In this document: in pieces, positions 48,121 to 62,976 of the stretch | Layout: the number at the start of each line of letters is the position of its first letter | How positions within the stretch are numbered: position 1 is the first letter of the stretch | Assembly: GCA_012295275.1 (NCBI GenBank) | Contig: CM022676.1 | Coordinates: forward strand, 8,060,001 to 8,124,000 | From: Chrysomallon squamiferum | Lineage: Eukaryota; Animalia; Mollusca | Reading direction: 5' to 3' | DNA: 64,000 nt | The notes under the pieces: generated by a model | What the model saw: the letters and a program-made list of their open reading frames with translations, nothing else | Told to the model about the DNA's origin: nothing | The model's database searches: none | Program-made: the position numbers and the translations under genes

Positions 48121-49167
48121 ACTGCCTCTGAATCTCTAGAGATTTCTGATACATAACAAGGTCTATTCCATCCACACATCTTATAACTCGAGCAGTGAGA
48201 GTCAAGTCAGAAGAATCTGCTGAACAATCCAGCTCTCCTATGAACTGAAACAATGATCCAGTCCTTGCATTAAATGGTTCTACTAGTCTTGTGTCGACAA
48301 CAAGGTCTTTGTTTGACTTCGGATCACTGAGGGTTGCCGTGGAATTGTGAAGGTTGTACATCTTGAGTCTGGAATTAAGTAAATAAATAAATAAATAATA
48401 ATAATTATAAACATAAGCAAGTGAAATTATGTTTTTTGGGGGTTTTTTTGGTTTTGTTTTTTACTTTACTTTTAGATTAGCAATAACAATAACAACAACA
48501 ACAACAATAATAATAATAATAAATGATGATGATAATGTTCATTATCATCATCGTCTTCTTCACCATCATCACCACCACCATCATCATCAAATTAATATTA
48601 TTGTTATTAAATTTAAGTAATAAAGAGATGTTTCTCTTCAACATCTTATTTTTTTATATAATTATATCAAAATGATCGAATCAGTGACAGAATCAACATT
48701 GGAGACAAACAAGTCGCATGATTTCGGCTCAACATATAATTCATAATTTACTTATTATTTACTCTGATGACGATAATCAAAATTACAAAGAAATATTAGA
48801 ACTATATTTATATATAATTTCTTAAAATGTTTGCGTGAAAATATTCCTTAAAGTTTACCTGTAATTTAGTAAGGTTAAATCCAGTATCTGACAAAGAATT
48901 TAATGTATCTAAAGTTATACGATAATAATTTCTGCCATTAAATTAATATTCATTATATTCATAATATTGTTAATGACTTAATCATAATAATAATGATAAT
49001 GGATTTTAACTTTGTTTGTCATTCGTCAGTCACTGTTAGTTGTAATGAACGAACCTGCCAGTGACTCGAACAGATTTCCCTTGAAGAGATGATGCATCCT
49101 CTGCAAAGAGATCGAATATTTCTGAGACTAAAAGAGGTTCTCCGCTTTTAGGTAATTTTTCGGCCAT
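48101..49167 (-). CDS. TEN1: CST complex subunit TEN1 (126 aa, 2 exons)
   Basis: Exons 49167-49055 (MAEKLPKSGEPLLVSEI...GKSVRVTG) and 48368-48101 (RLKMYN...LVVDTRLVEPF...GSLFQFIGEL...LTARVIRCVDGIDLVMYQKSLEIQRQFL). These match TEN1 OB-fold signature motifs. Confidence 0.92.
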
Positions 49168-50151
49168 TTAATATTGATATTAATTTTTAATTTCAACACG
49201 TCAAAGTTTGGCGCTTCGGATTTTTACAAAAGTAGTAACATCATAAATAACTAACAAGGTGTGGCGACAAATGCAAGCTCGATTATTTTAAAACAAATTT
49301 TGTGTACATTATTTATTATAATCATTGCTATTATGTTTAAAATGTTATTCACTTTTTAATTTTAGTTATACCAATTTTTATTAAAAAGGAGACAAAATAC
49401 AAGAATGTTTAATTCGGTAAATTATCAAATCCGCAATTTGTATTAATATATAAATAACGAAGGCGTTCAAGTCAGTAATTGGTTGTTATTGAACTCTTTA
49501 CTTCTTATTAACATTATTTATGTTGAAAATATATTTACAAAAATAATATTTAATAAAAGACAACACTGACAATTAAAGGTAATGGGAAACCCGTCACTAT
49601 GACAACAGAGAAGAAAAATAAGTTCGGAACAAAACAAAAATGGCGAGCAAATACTATATGAAATACGACAGTTTCTATTCTTTGAAATGATATTAAACAT
49701 TAATTTTGTTTTGTTAAAATTTTAGAGATGTGGGGAAATACTATATTTGATTTGCTATGAGGGCTCCAAAAATAACAAGAATGAAAACAACAAACAACAA
49801 ACAAAAACAACATTAATGAAATAAAAGATGTGTGCATTTTCCTTTGGTTATCATTGGCAGTTACGTTGTATCTTCACTGAATTATGGGCGCTGAGGCTTA
49901 ACAGTCCAATCGCGTTTTCTGTGAAGTGAACGAAAGTTATTTCTACAGTACAGAAAACTATAGACTATTTGATATACACGCGAAATTATGTATGTGTTAG
50001 TATGTGCTAAATAACTGAATATTTTATAATTAATATATATATATATATAATATACATTTAATTACAAGTGTACGTCTGTCTCTCTCTCTTGATCAGGTTT
50101 ATTTCGCAGTGAGGACATGCTTTTATTTTATTATTTATTTATTTATTTTTA

Positions 50152-50218
<67 letters not shown>

Positions 50219-51320
50219 TAAAGAATATAATATATCCAAAATGTTTTCAGCTTCGATACCATTTATGAGAATTAATTTTAAAAAAAAAGAAGTAATTAAC
50301 AGTGATGTTACTTGCATAATACACAGCATCGTTCGGAGTGCTTGGTCTTGAACTGATAATATGCTTTATAGAAAGTAGTGTTTACTTGATAGTCTAGAGT
50401 TACTTCTTCCAGAATTCAGAAGACCAATTCAGGAAAAACGTACAAAACACTCCGTGAGTTTACGTTTTGATAACTTATTGTCGAGGACCTCTGTAATATT
50501 CAATAAGGTAAAACAATTATTTCGATCGCTGTGAAGAGTTAAGTCTTATAAATATCGTTAGCAACGTACGAAAACGACAGCGAAAAGGGACATAACAAAC
50601 ATTCCACAAACGTCAAACGATTACAATTCATAGATCTCTATCGACATTGTGAAGGTTACGGTTTGTAAAAATGTGTTTTAGATTGTTAAAACATCAGCTC
50701 TTGATATCTAATGTTTTTTTGTTAAAAATATTAAAACGTATAACTTTTGTATGCATTCGTTATCTCATACCTTCGAAAGTTTAACAGTGACCCCAGCAAC
50801 GAACTAGTTTAAGTATTAAAGGGGCCTTGTTTAGGTGTTTTAATATCTTCTCACTCTCAGCATACGTATCTCACATATTTTGTTGTTTATTTCATCAGAA
50901 TTGTTTTGCTGTTTAAAAACAGACAAAACACATATTTAAGTTATAACTATTTAATATATAACAACTATTTAAAATAAAAAAGTGAAATAAAAGGACATTT
51001 GTTTCATTATACAGGCCTACTTTCTTATGTACTGTTTTCTGTAACTGTCACATTATGGTTATCAATTAAACTGTTTATACTGAACCATTTATTAAAACTT
51101 AATTACATCCAAGATTTAATCATTGTATGTTTTTTTATTACATCTATAATCACATGATAAATGAAAGTAATATATAAATATGCCAGTTAAAAATCAGTTT
51201 TCATTATACACCAAAAGTGGTGTGCTGACTATGAGTTTAAGAATGTTCTGGTCCTGTCTGTGGTAGAGCTTCTGTAAATGGTAGAATGTTTCTGAGAAAA
51301 TGTAAAGAAATATAAATTTG

Positions 51321-51358
<38 letters not shown>

Positions 51359-52887
51359 TGCCAAGCCAACTAAAAATGGTAAAATATTTCTAACAAATGT
51401 CTAATGAAAGAAGAGGCATCACATAGCTTAAAATGAAAAGTCACATTAAAAAATTTACTCAGATTAGCATGTTTTGAAGAGATTGTATTTTCAGTTTAAG
51501 TGTTCCATATTTTAATTTTCACTACCTTTAAACATGTCAAATGTGAAATTGTTTTTAAATAGCACACAGTTTCAGTACCTCTAGCTAAATAGTTAACAAC
51601 CTTCAGATGAGCATTTATGAAATTAAATCTTACTCAAGTTATTGTAAATTGTTATGCAAATCTTCATCTGACCTTGATGTCATAATAATTTGAGTATTAA
51701 GAGATTTAAAAAATCTACTTGTATAAAACAATTTAAACTCCAGTATATATCCGTAGATATATCAGTTATTTTACAGAATAATAAATAATGATTTTAAAGG
51801 GAATGCCTATGTTGCCATGCACTTTTTTAAGAGAAAAAATAAAAATAAAAATAAATAGATGGTCGTTAACGAATACATTATACATATTCATATCATTTTA
51901 ACCTTTATTTGCAGCATGTTAGCAGTTTAGAAACATTTGAAAAATGTCATGTGAATCCATTACCTCTGAATTTAAAAATTATTATCAGAAACAACTACGT
52001 ATTTTTTATTCATAAATATTTTTATTTTATTCTTTATTTTTATTTTTTTAATTAATGAATCATTACACATATTTTTATTTTATCTTTTTTTTATTCATGA
52101 AATATTGTACATATATATTCATATTCTATCCACATACAGAGACCAGTTGAAAGCCACATTTGAAAAGTGTTATACCAAACCAATTACTGGTGAATGTTTT
52201 AAGAGTTACAAGAAAGGTTACAGATGTATATTTTTTTATTATTATTCATGAAAGGTTACGCAAAACAAAATATTACATTAATTTGGGATGGCATTCAAGA
52301 TTGTCAACAGCTATAACTCGGTGTGTTTTGATATAATTTTGATATATTGCCTGCTGCGCTGGCAGAGAACAGATACTGTGAGTGAAATAATAAGTTTTGA
52401 TTGATTATCCAGTGATGATATGTCAGGTTATTTTGCGCATATGTGTCAGTATCTATCACCTGTGTGTTACCAAACATCAGACAGAATATACAATTTATGC
52501 ATTCTGATTGCAATTAATTGACTGACTAAAAAAACTCTTGTCATATCTGTACCAATACTTTCTTCATTATTTATAACCAGCAATAATACATAATACTACA
52601 CAAAAAATATTTAATTTCCCCCCAAAAAGTTTGTTTTAATGAATTACAACATTTTATACAATTTTCTTTTACTTTCAGAATTTTTATTTTTATTTTGTTT
52701 AGTCCACACTATCGTCATAATGTAGTCACCATTTCATGTGCTGAAGAAATAAAAAAAGAGAAGCCAAGATGTAAGAAGTTCGTACAGAATTTCCTATATT
52801 GCCTCCCAAAAAAAATAAAATTTTATACCCTTTTGGGGTAAATGCTGGTGTAGACAGATGTGTTCTTCATCAACTAGGGTGCAGAGG

Positions 52888-54859
52888 ATGCCTGTTAGCT
52901 ATGTCAGCACTGATCGTTATTCATCAACATTTAGTGGATCATCAACATACTCCAGGCGCCCTTTGCCTTCAGGGGGCAGTGGCCCCTATGACGAATATGG
53001 GCGAAAGTTAAAATTTGAATCAGTCAGCAACTACAAACCTCGAACTACAACTAACTTGACAAGTATGGGCCGGCTGACTCCAAACAAAGCAGATTATGAC
53101 AAAGGTTATGGTTCTGGTAGTGCTGGCAGTGGTAGTAGTGGTCGGTACACAGGCCTGAATTATCCTTATGCCACATCAAGTAGTCAGTATGGTGCGACTG
53201 CTTCCTCACACACCATCTCGTCATCATCTAAACGAACCAGTGGAAGTGACTATCACAACTCTCCCACCACATCAAAATATGGCACGTCTAGTCTTACAGG
53301 TACGTCAAAACGAAAAACAAGTCCAGGTATGAAAACATATGACACAGAATCACCCAGGACATCCTCTAGATTAACTTCACAATACAGGTCGAGCAGTCTT
53401 TTTGATCTAAGTACCTCTCCTGCAGGTTACGAGCCACGACGATTAGCTGTGGAAAATGGTTACAGTTCAGGTACAGAACGCCGACGAAATTCTGCGGTAA
53501 ATGATGATGTAGAAAGATTGTCACGGTCGATCCAAAGAACCAGTCTCGGTGATCGCAAACGAAGTGAATCTTCCAGTACTGCACTGCCTCGATTGCACCC
53601 AAAAGATGATGGAAGTGACCACACCCCGAGCAGTTCTCGCCGGACATCGCTCGAAGAGAGCAGTTCACTTGTTGTAAGTGTAGAACACACACACACACAC
53701 ACAGACACACAGATGCACATATACATTCACAAACTGACACTCAATCGCTCGCACACAGACACATAATTAAGACATATATAATTTGAAAACGGTTAATATT
53801 TTTTTCCAAATTAAATGCCACATACTGTCTTTGATGTTAGTTTTAGCAAAAATTTATTTTGTTTTATATTGGTTTACTTTTCTTCAGTGCACCAGTTTTT
53901 AATTTTAAACCATATATTTACCTACTGCTATATCTGTCAAAACATCTATTTTACTAAATATGTTAATTGTATGTCAGCTTTTATCTGTATGTCTGTATGC
54001 ATATCTAGATACACACACACAAACAGCTGTAAGTTTCTGTGTATGTATAGATAGACAGGTAAAATTCACATACAAATAACATATAAATGAGTGTGTGTTT
54101 GTTATTCTCATGTATAAACACTGCATTTATATTTCAATACCAAACAAATGTAACCCACAGAAACGTAATGATGAACAAATAAAATGATGATAATAATACA
54201 TTTTTTATCTTTTTCTGTTTGAACTAGTTTGTATACAATAACTGAAAGAATACACCCATCATAATATGTAGCCATGGCAACTTACCACACCCCTACAGAG
54301 ACAAGTATCTTCTAAGATAGTATATAATTTATTTCCTGATGTCATTAGGTGTGGCTACATCAACACATATTTAAAACACACACACAGACACAAGTACACA
54401 CACACATGTGTATATAAATCTTAATGCAGACTTAATTAATTAACAAATTTCAGTAGGATATCTCTGAAATGTATTATTACATAATACATTGGGTACATGT
54501 TTATTGCATTAGATACATGTTTATTTAGGTACATGCTGTATTGCATTAGATGAAACTTGATAATATTTTGCAGTTATTATTACAACGCCATCATTTGCAG
54601 GCACCTGACCCCAAATACAGTGATGGTGGCAAAATTGGTCTCAGTAATTTAGGAAACACAGTAAGTATTGAACTGGTAGTATTCATATCATTAGTGTGCT
54701 TGTTATTAATATTATTATTACCATTATTTGTGTTGACATTATTGGTAGTAGTATTAGTATTAGTTTTAATAGTAGTTGTAATATTGATATAATTATTACT
54801 GTTATTAGTATATTTATTATTATTATTATTATCCATCAATCTATGCTTATCTTTTCTTC

Positions 54860-54912
<53 letters not shown>

Positions 54913-57900
54913 GCTAAGTCTTTATTTATCTATTTTATTACTAAATGTTCTTTTCTTTAACCAAACTGATACATAACTGCTTACTAAATGTTTCTTTTTT
55001 CTGTTTTTTAATAGTTAACAATTTCACTACATTTCTTTTTTTCTTTTCCTTAACAAAAATCAGTACTGAATGGTCAGTATTTAACAATAAATAATATTTT
55101 TTATCATAAAATTGTGTTTTGTGTGAGTGAAATGAAAGAAAAATTTGTATTTATATTAAATTACATACATTTTAAACATTAATGTGTAAAAACAGGCAGT
55201 ACTAACATGAAAGATAAAAATAACATAATGTATTTTGTGTGTTGATTGACTTAGCATAAACAGTGAATTTTTTGTGTGTGTGTGTGTGTGTCTGTCTGTC
55301 TGTCTAATTTCATATGTGTGTATGTATGTACATGTATGTATGATGTCTGTGTACATATAAAAATAAATAAATAAAATCTGTACCAGGCTAGGTTAAGAAC
55401 TGTGATAACTGTAAGCTGAAATGTTATTTTTTTTAAATTTGTTTATTTTTTTATCTATTTATTTATCTATTTATCTATTCATTTATTTATTTCAGTGTTT
55501 TATGAACTCTGTGATACAGTGTTTGAGTAACACAAAGCCACTGTTGGAGTACTGTATTAAAAAAGAATACCTGAACGATATTAACAGCAAAAAAAGCAGC
55601 ATGAAAGGGGCTCTGATACAAGGTTTTATTTTAATTTTTATATTCTTAAACAGACAGTCTGTTATTTTTAATTTATTTCTTTTTAAATTTTAAATTATTA
55701 TTATTATTTGTTTTTTAAAAAATTTTTTAATTTTTGATTTATATATAAACTGTGATCTTTTTTTAAAACTATTCTGTTTGTATACAGTAAACATTCATTT
55801 TAAGACTTTGGTGCATTGGATTTTGGATGTTTTAAAATTTTATATTTATATATAGTAACCCTTCAGTTTGTGACCACATTTTGATTGACAGAGAATTTTG
55901 TAAAAATTAAAAATTGATATAAATAACTGTTTCAAATGTCTCAATTTGATGGACTTAATTTTTATTATTTTTATCTTTATGTATTAAGTTTTTTATATAT
56001 TTATAGATCTACTGGATTTTTTTTTTATTATTTAATTTAATTATTATATATTTTTATTATCATTATTTTTTATTTTTTTTACTTATTATTATTATTATTT
56101 AAGCTTTTGCAAAGTTGCTGCAGTCACTGTGGAAGAATTCAAATGATATGTTTGTGACTCCGAATTCCTTCAAGACAGAAATTCAAAGATTTGCACCTCG
56201 CTTCATGGGATTTCAGTAAGCATAATTAGAAATTTCTGGAAAAAAAATATTTAAAAAAAATAAATTACCCTGACTGCAAAAGTCTATTAATTAATGAGAT
56301 CTATTAAATGAGTACTTCATCTAGTACATTTCGATTTTATGCATAATGTTAAGCATAGAATTACCAGCTATAAAAGTGTATTAATTTGTAAGATCTGTTA
56401 AATAAAATTTCATTTCATATTTATTTTATGCTTATATTGAGCACAGAATTACCATGAAACTGGCTTTAATAGTCTATTAATTATTCAGATCTGTTAAATA
56501 AAACTTCATTCAGTACATTTTTTATATTTGCATAGTATAATGGAAACCTGTTTTGACACTCTCACATATTTGATAAAAATGATGAATACTGCCCATGAAT
56601 GTTTTGAAAGATTTGACCTGAAGCTGAAGTAGATTATATCCAAGCTTTGTACAGTATAAGTTGAAATGTGTTTTCATGTAATTTGGTGTACTGTAATATT
56701 ATTTTCACACAAGAAGATTCCAAGAAATTTCTGTGGTTCAGAATATACTGTTGTATACTTTCAGACAATGAGATTTTTTCAGGAATTTCAGGGAACAAAA
56801 AATGTGTCCTGTCAGATATTTTACATTTTCCAACAGTCAGATATATGATTAAAAAAATGTATTGTCATATATTTCCAGACCAGAAATTGTCCAGAAATGC
56901 TTATGATACAAAATATACTGACATATATTTGCAGACAAGGAGATACCCAGAAATTTATATAATAAAATAAAGAACTATAATTATTTTATGTGACAAAAAA
57001 AAATGTAGCGTCATATATTTTCACACAAGACATGTCTGCAATACATAATATATTTGTCATATGTTTTCAAACATTGAGTTTCACTGGAATTTCTGTGATA
57101 ACAAAATGTTCTGCCTTTTATTTTCAGACAACAAGATTCCCAGGAATTTCTGCGATACTTGTTAGAAGGTTTACACGAGGATGTTAATCGTGTGCATCAA
57201 AAACCAAAACCAATAACCCTAGATGATGAAAAGCTTGATGTTAAAAGGTAAACATGCATGTGCAAAATGCAGCACCTGTAATTCAAAATGCAGTGAAAGT
57301 GTAATGATATTTTTTATTTATAGGTTTTAATATTTTTGGCATAAAGCATTGGTGTGTTTGTTTGTGTGTATGGGTTGGTTGGTCTGTCTGTCTGTCTGAC
57401 TGTGTGTCTGACTGACTGACTGTCCATCATACAAATCTCTGCAAGTTTATTAGTTTAATTTTTACATATATTGAATATTTTCCTTACAAATAAATGCCCA
57501 TAAATTTTCATCATTAAAATTATGTCGAGAATTTTAATTTTGTTTTAAATGATTTTTAAAAATGTTGCTGATAAATTATGAATAATTAATTTTTTTAATT
57601 TTTGATAGTGATGCAGAAAAGGCACTCGAGTATTGGCATACTTACCTCAGATTTGATGATAGTAAAATAGTTGGTAAGTTGTTATGTTGATAGTAAATAG
57701 TTGTTAGTTCTTATGTTGATAGTAAAAGAGTTGTTAAGTAGTTATGTTGATAGTAAATTAGTTGTTAACATGTCATATTAATAGTAAAATAGTTGTTACG
57801 TTGGTGTGTTGATAGTAAAATAGTTGTTAAGTTGTTATGTTGATAGTAAAATAGTTGTTAACATGTCATATTAATAGTAAAATAGTTGTTAAGTTGTTAT

Positions 57901-58844
57901 GTTGATAGTAAATTAGTTATGTGATAGTAAAATGATGTTGATAGTAAATTAGTTGTTAACATGTCATATTAATAGTAAAATAGTTGTTAAGTTGTTATGT
58001 TGATAAAATAGTTGTTAACATGTCATATTGATAGTAAAATAGTTGTTAAGTTGTTATGTTGATAGTAAATTAGTTGTTAACATGTCATATTAATAGTAAA
58101 ATAGTTGTTTAGTTGCTGTGTTGATAGTAAAATAGTTGTTAAGTTGTTATGTTGATAGTTTTCTTTTTTTTTGTTTGACTTTTCAGACATATTTGTTGGT
58201 CAATTGAAAAGTGAACTGACGTTTGATTGTGGCCACAAATCTGTAACCTTTGACCCATTTTGGGACTTATCGCTTCCTTTGCCAAAGGTAAGTCCCTAGG
58301 GGGTTGGCATTGATTTTTTTGATTTTTTTCATTTATTAAAGAGGAACTAGGAATAATTATTATGGAGTTGTCTAGAGTAAGAATAAGATTTGCTTGTATC
58401 TAAAATATATTTTTTCATTTAGTAAAAAGGCAGTTATGAATTATAATTACCAAAATGTAGAGATCAGTGATACATTTTGTAATATTATCTAAAATATTTT
58501 TTCAGTGGGTTTTCTAAAAATTAATCATAAAAAAACCCCAATAAATTTATAGTTCTGGTATCAAGAACATTATTAAAAGTGCTATGCTAATTTGGGCAAA
58601 CAATATTGGAAGACATAAAGTTCAATTATTTTAATTTTCTAATCTTGTTTTTATTATTAAATAACTGTTTATTAATATTTATGGCTACAAAAAATAAATT
58701 TTCTTTTCTTATTCTTGAATTTTTTCCTTTATATCATTTTCTGCATTTAGTTTCATTTATTTAAATTGGTACTGGTGTTATTTTTTGTGAGTTAAATTAA
58801 ACTTGTGTATGGTTTGTGTATAAATATATGTAAATTAATTTTAG

Positions 58845-58905
<61 letters not shown>

Positions 58906-60381
58906 TTTGTATCAACATGAGTATTTTTATTTTCTATTTATTTGATATTGTTTTATTTCAGAATTATCGAAGTCGGACAACTTTGGATGACTGTTTGAAA
59001 TTCTTTATGCGAAAAGAAAGATTGGAGTCAGATGAAAGACCAGTAAGCAGAATATTCACAGACCTAAATTACTTAATATGTTCTGAACAGAATAGATTTC
59101 TTAATGTTTTAAAAAAAAAAAAAAAAATTAATAATGATATCACTTCATATTTTCTTCTTATATTATTTAATTTTTGTAAGTGTGTGTGTGTGTTTGTGTA
59201 TGCTTGTAGAAACAGACCAAGAGAGAGTGAGCTAGACATAGTTCAAAAGAAACAGCGAGAGAGAGATGGAGAAGAAAGACAGTGATAGATGACAGAAAAT
59301 AGAGTTGGCTCGTGTGTGTGTGTGTGTATATGTCTAAGTTCTGTTTATGTAAGTGTCAGAGAGAGAGAAACAACCACAATACATGACAGAAAGACTTGAG
59401 TATCCATCCATCCATCTATCTATATGTCTGTCATGAATTATATTACCTGTTACAAATGTAAAGAGATAAACAACGAGAAACAGCCAAAATAAGCGTGAGA
59501 GAAATTTACTTGCCTATCTATCTGTCTATTCATCCATCCATCTGTCTGTCTGTCTATCACATATTGTTTTATTTCAGACCTGTTACAAATGTAAAGAAAG
59601 AAGAACATGCACGAAAGGCTTTTCTATCCAGAGATTTCCACAGATTCTTGTTCTTCGTATCCTTTTTATAAACTAACACAGAGAAATTTATCATTTACCA
59701 TTCTCAAAATGTTTTAATATCAGTGATTTAGTTTATGAGCAAATTTTTATTTTTTTTTTTTTTATGTAAGTTGACATAAGAGGAAATCCCAGTACCTCTT
59801 TTGCATTGGTTACTGTCTTCAGTTAGCAGTAAATATTGCTTTATATGTTCCTTCCCATAAACAGCACATGTCAGCCTGAAACTGGACAGAGATAATAATG
59901 TGATGTTTGATATATTCTTAAATTTTTTTTTTTTTACTTTTCTTTATTTTATTTTATTTTATTTTATTAAATAATTCTTTTTTTATTTATTTCTTTATTT
60001 CTTTATTTCTTATTTTATTTAACTAATTAATTTTTAAAAATAAACCTAGATGGTGTCATCTTAGATTATATACATCTGTTCTTACTTTATGTGAGGGTAT
60101 TTAAAAAATATATATATTTAGACATAAAAGGCTTTACATAAGAATTGCTTTATAACTTTATATTTATTTTATACTTACTGGTAATTTCATAACAATTTAT
60201 TTATTATTATTTTTATTTTAAAATTTTGTTGTTAATTCCCTTAACGAAGCATCAGACTTGAAAAGGTTTAGTCAGGAAAGATATAGCAGAAAGGTCACAA
60301 CAGATGTTGAGTTTCCAATCCAGGATCTTGATCTAACAAACTATGCTGCAAACCCTGGTCAGTGAAATTTTCTATGCATAT

Positions 60382-60420
<39 letters not shown>

Positions 60421-62170
60421 AGCATGAGCGTGTGTGAGAGCATGAGCGTGTGTGCGTGCTTGAAAAAGAAAAATTATCAGTGGCTGATGGACATGAAATA
60501 CCTCAACATGCTAAAACAAAGTCGTTTCTTGATTATGTTGTCACCAGACTTTGTAGTATTCATCTAACAGCTTTGATTACATTAACAAATGATACAAAAT
60601 GTATTCCTGTTTATCATTCAGAGTCAGTTATGTTTTTTTGTTGTTTTTTTCTCACTTCAGGATCGACAAGAATTCTGTATAATCTGTACGCTGTTAGCAA
60701 CCACTCGGGTGGCACCCACTCAGGACACTACACTGCGATGTGCAAACACCCGTACAGAGAAGAGTGGCACAGCTACAATGACACCAGGTAAACAGACTGT
60801 TATTATGTTAGTAAACAGGTGTTATGTTAGTAAATAGTTGTTGTGTTAGTAAACAGATTGTTATTATGTTAGTAAACAGTTGTTATGTTAGTAAACAGTT
60901 GTTATGTGCATAAACAGATTGTTATTATGTTAGTAAACAGTTATTATGTTAGTAAACAGTTATGTGCATAAACTGTTATTATGTTAGTAAACAGTTGTTA
61001 TGTTTGTAAACAGTTGTTATGTTAGTAAATAGTTGTTATGTTAGTAAATAACTGTTAAATACTTAAAAAGATTGTTATTATGTTAGTAAATAATTGTTAT
61101 ATACATAAACAGATCGTTATTATGTTAGTAAATATTTGTTATGTACATAAACAGATTGTTATTGTTAGTAAATAGTTGTTATGTACATAAACAAACTGTT
61201 ATGTTAGTAAACTGTTATTAGTAAGTAAATATATTGTTATTATGTTACTAAACAGTTCTTACTAAGTACATATATTGTTATTGTTAGTAAACAGCTATTA
61301 AGTAAACATATTGTTATTATTACATTAGTAAACATTGTTATTATTACATTAGTAAAAAAAATGATTGTTACATTAGTAAACATTGTTACATTAGAAAATA
61401 TATTGTTATTACTTTAGTAAACATTGTTATTACTTTGGTAAACATTGTTATTACTTTGGTAAACATAGTTATTACATTAGTAAACAAATTATCACCTATT
61501 TATTTCATTAGGAATCAGATTATTACCATGGTAAACATATTGTTAATATCTTAGTAAACAGATAATTATTACAAATATTTATTTCATTAGGAATCAGATT
61601 ATTATTATGTTGGAACTCAAATAGTTATTAGCTAAATAAAGATTTTATTAACTAAGTAAACATTATTTATACCTTAGTAAACTTATTGTGATTACTTGCT
61701 TAAACAGTCTTTATAACTTTAGTAAACACATCTTCATTATCTTAATAAACATTTTTTTTTTGTAGTCAGTAATGAAATTTTACAAAACAAATTGTTAATA
61801 TAAATGTTTATTATTTTAGAAATCAGATCTTCCTTTCTTTAGTATTCAAATCAGTATTAATTAAATAAAGAAATATTTTAGTAAAAGAAAATGTTTTTAT
61901 TATTACTATTACTACTGTTAGTACTATTATTGTTATTATTATTACAGCTGTTACTATTACTGTTGCTATTATTATATTACAATTATTATTAATATTATTA
62001 TTGCTTTACAATTATTGTTGTTATTGTTATTACTGTGATTATTATTTTTTATTATTACTATTACTACTGTTACTATTACAACTATTACCACTGTTACTGC
62101 ACAGTTTAGAGGGAACATTGACTATCCTCCTTCTTTTTCTTCTTCCTCCTCCTCCTTTTCTTTTTCTTTG

Positions 62171-62222
<52 letters not shown>

Positions 62223-62334
62223 TCATTACAGGGTGCATCGTGCACAAGCGAGCCAAGCAGTGTCCAGTGAGGCTTATCTGTTGTTTTATGAACTCTCTGG
62301 CAGGTCTTCATCTTCGAAACTCAGCAGTTCTTAA
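52888..62334 (+). CDS. USP2: Ubiquitin carboxyl-terminal hydrolase 2-like (USP2/USP21 group), 12 coding exons
   Basis: Exons 52888-53673 (Ser-rich N-terminus), 54601-54660 (GLSNLGNT), 55496-55622 ([10 protein letters not shown], Cys box), 56104-56215 ([10 protein letters not shown]), 57128-57247 ([22 protein letters not shown]), 57609-57673, 58187-58287 ([10 protein letters not shown]), 58962-59042, 59578-59656, 60256-60357 (HLKRF), 60661-60787 ([24 protein letters not shown], His box), 62232-62334 (AYLLFYE...*). All in phase. Confidence 0.93.
57658..58158. repeat. ~31-bp minisatellite filling a USP2 intron
   Basis: Unit gatagtaaaatagttgttaagttgttatgtt. The first unit spans the exon end and the donor site. 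Confidence 0.9.
59657..60255 (+). other. U12-type (minor spliceosome) GT-AG intron in USP2
   Basis: The 5' site is GTATCCTTT. The branch site TTCCCTTAAC at 60236-60245 lies 10 nt before the 3' end, with no polypyrimidine tract. The intron splits the His codon of VLH-LKRF. Confidence 0.92.
60786..61700. repeat. ~19-23-bp minisatellite in the last USP2 intron
   Basis: Unit agtaaacagttgttatgtt starts at the donor AG|GTAAACAG and decays with distance. Confidence 0.88.
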
Positions 62335-62907
62335 TACACTGCCTGTGATTGGCCACTCCAGAACTATGGAACAGTAACTGATATTGGACACTTGTTATGA
62401 AGAATCTTCCATCCATTGGCTGTTTTGTCTGTTTTTGTTCCAGATTGTACATTTTCTGGAAGAGTGAATGATTAATCTGAAAGCTTCACTCTGATTGGTC
62501 GAGTCAGATTTTCCTGTGATCACTGATTGGATAAGCTACCTCTAGCACGTTTCTGTTTTGATAGGACTGATACTAAGAATAGAGATCCATACTGAACAGT
62601 ATTTATCAAGCTGCGATCTGATTGGCTCAAACCCACCTTCCTGTGACTTAATATTCATAGCAATTCGATAATGCTATAATAAATTATTTTACTTTGCTGG
62701 GACAAAGATTTATTTATTACATTATTATTAATTTTTTTAAACCCAACAAAGATATTATTTTTTTCTTCTAGGGTTTTTTTTTTTTTTTCTATTTTTAACT
62801 AATTCTTTTTCTAACTTAGTTTAAAAAAAAAAAAAAATAGATGCTGGTTGTTTCCATTTTGTATTTGAACTTTTTTTATGGCTGACATCAAATGATATGA
62901 ATTTTTC

Positions 62908-62976
<69 letters not shown>

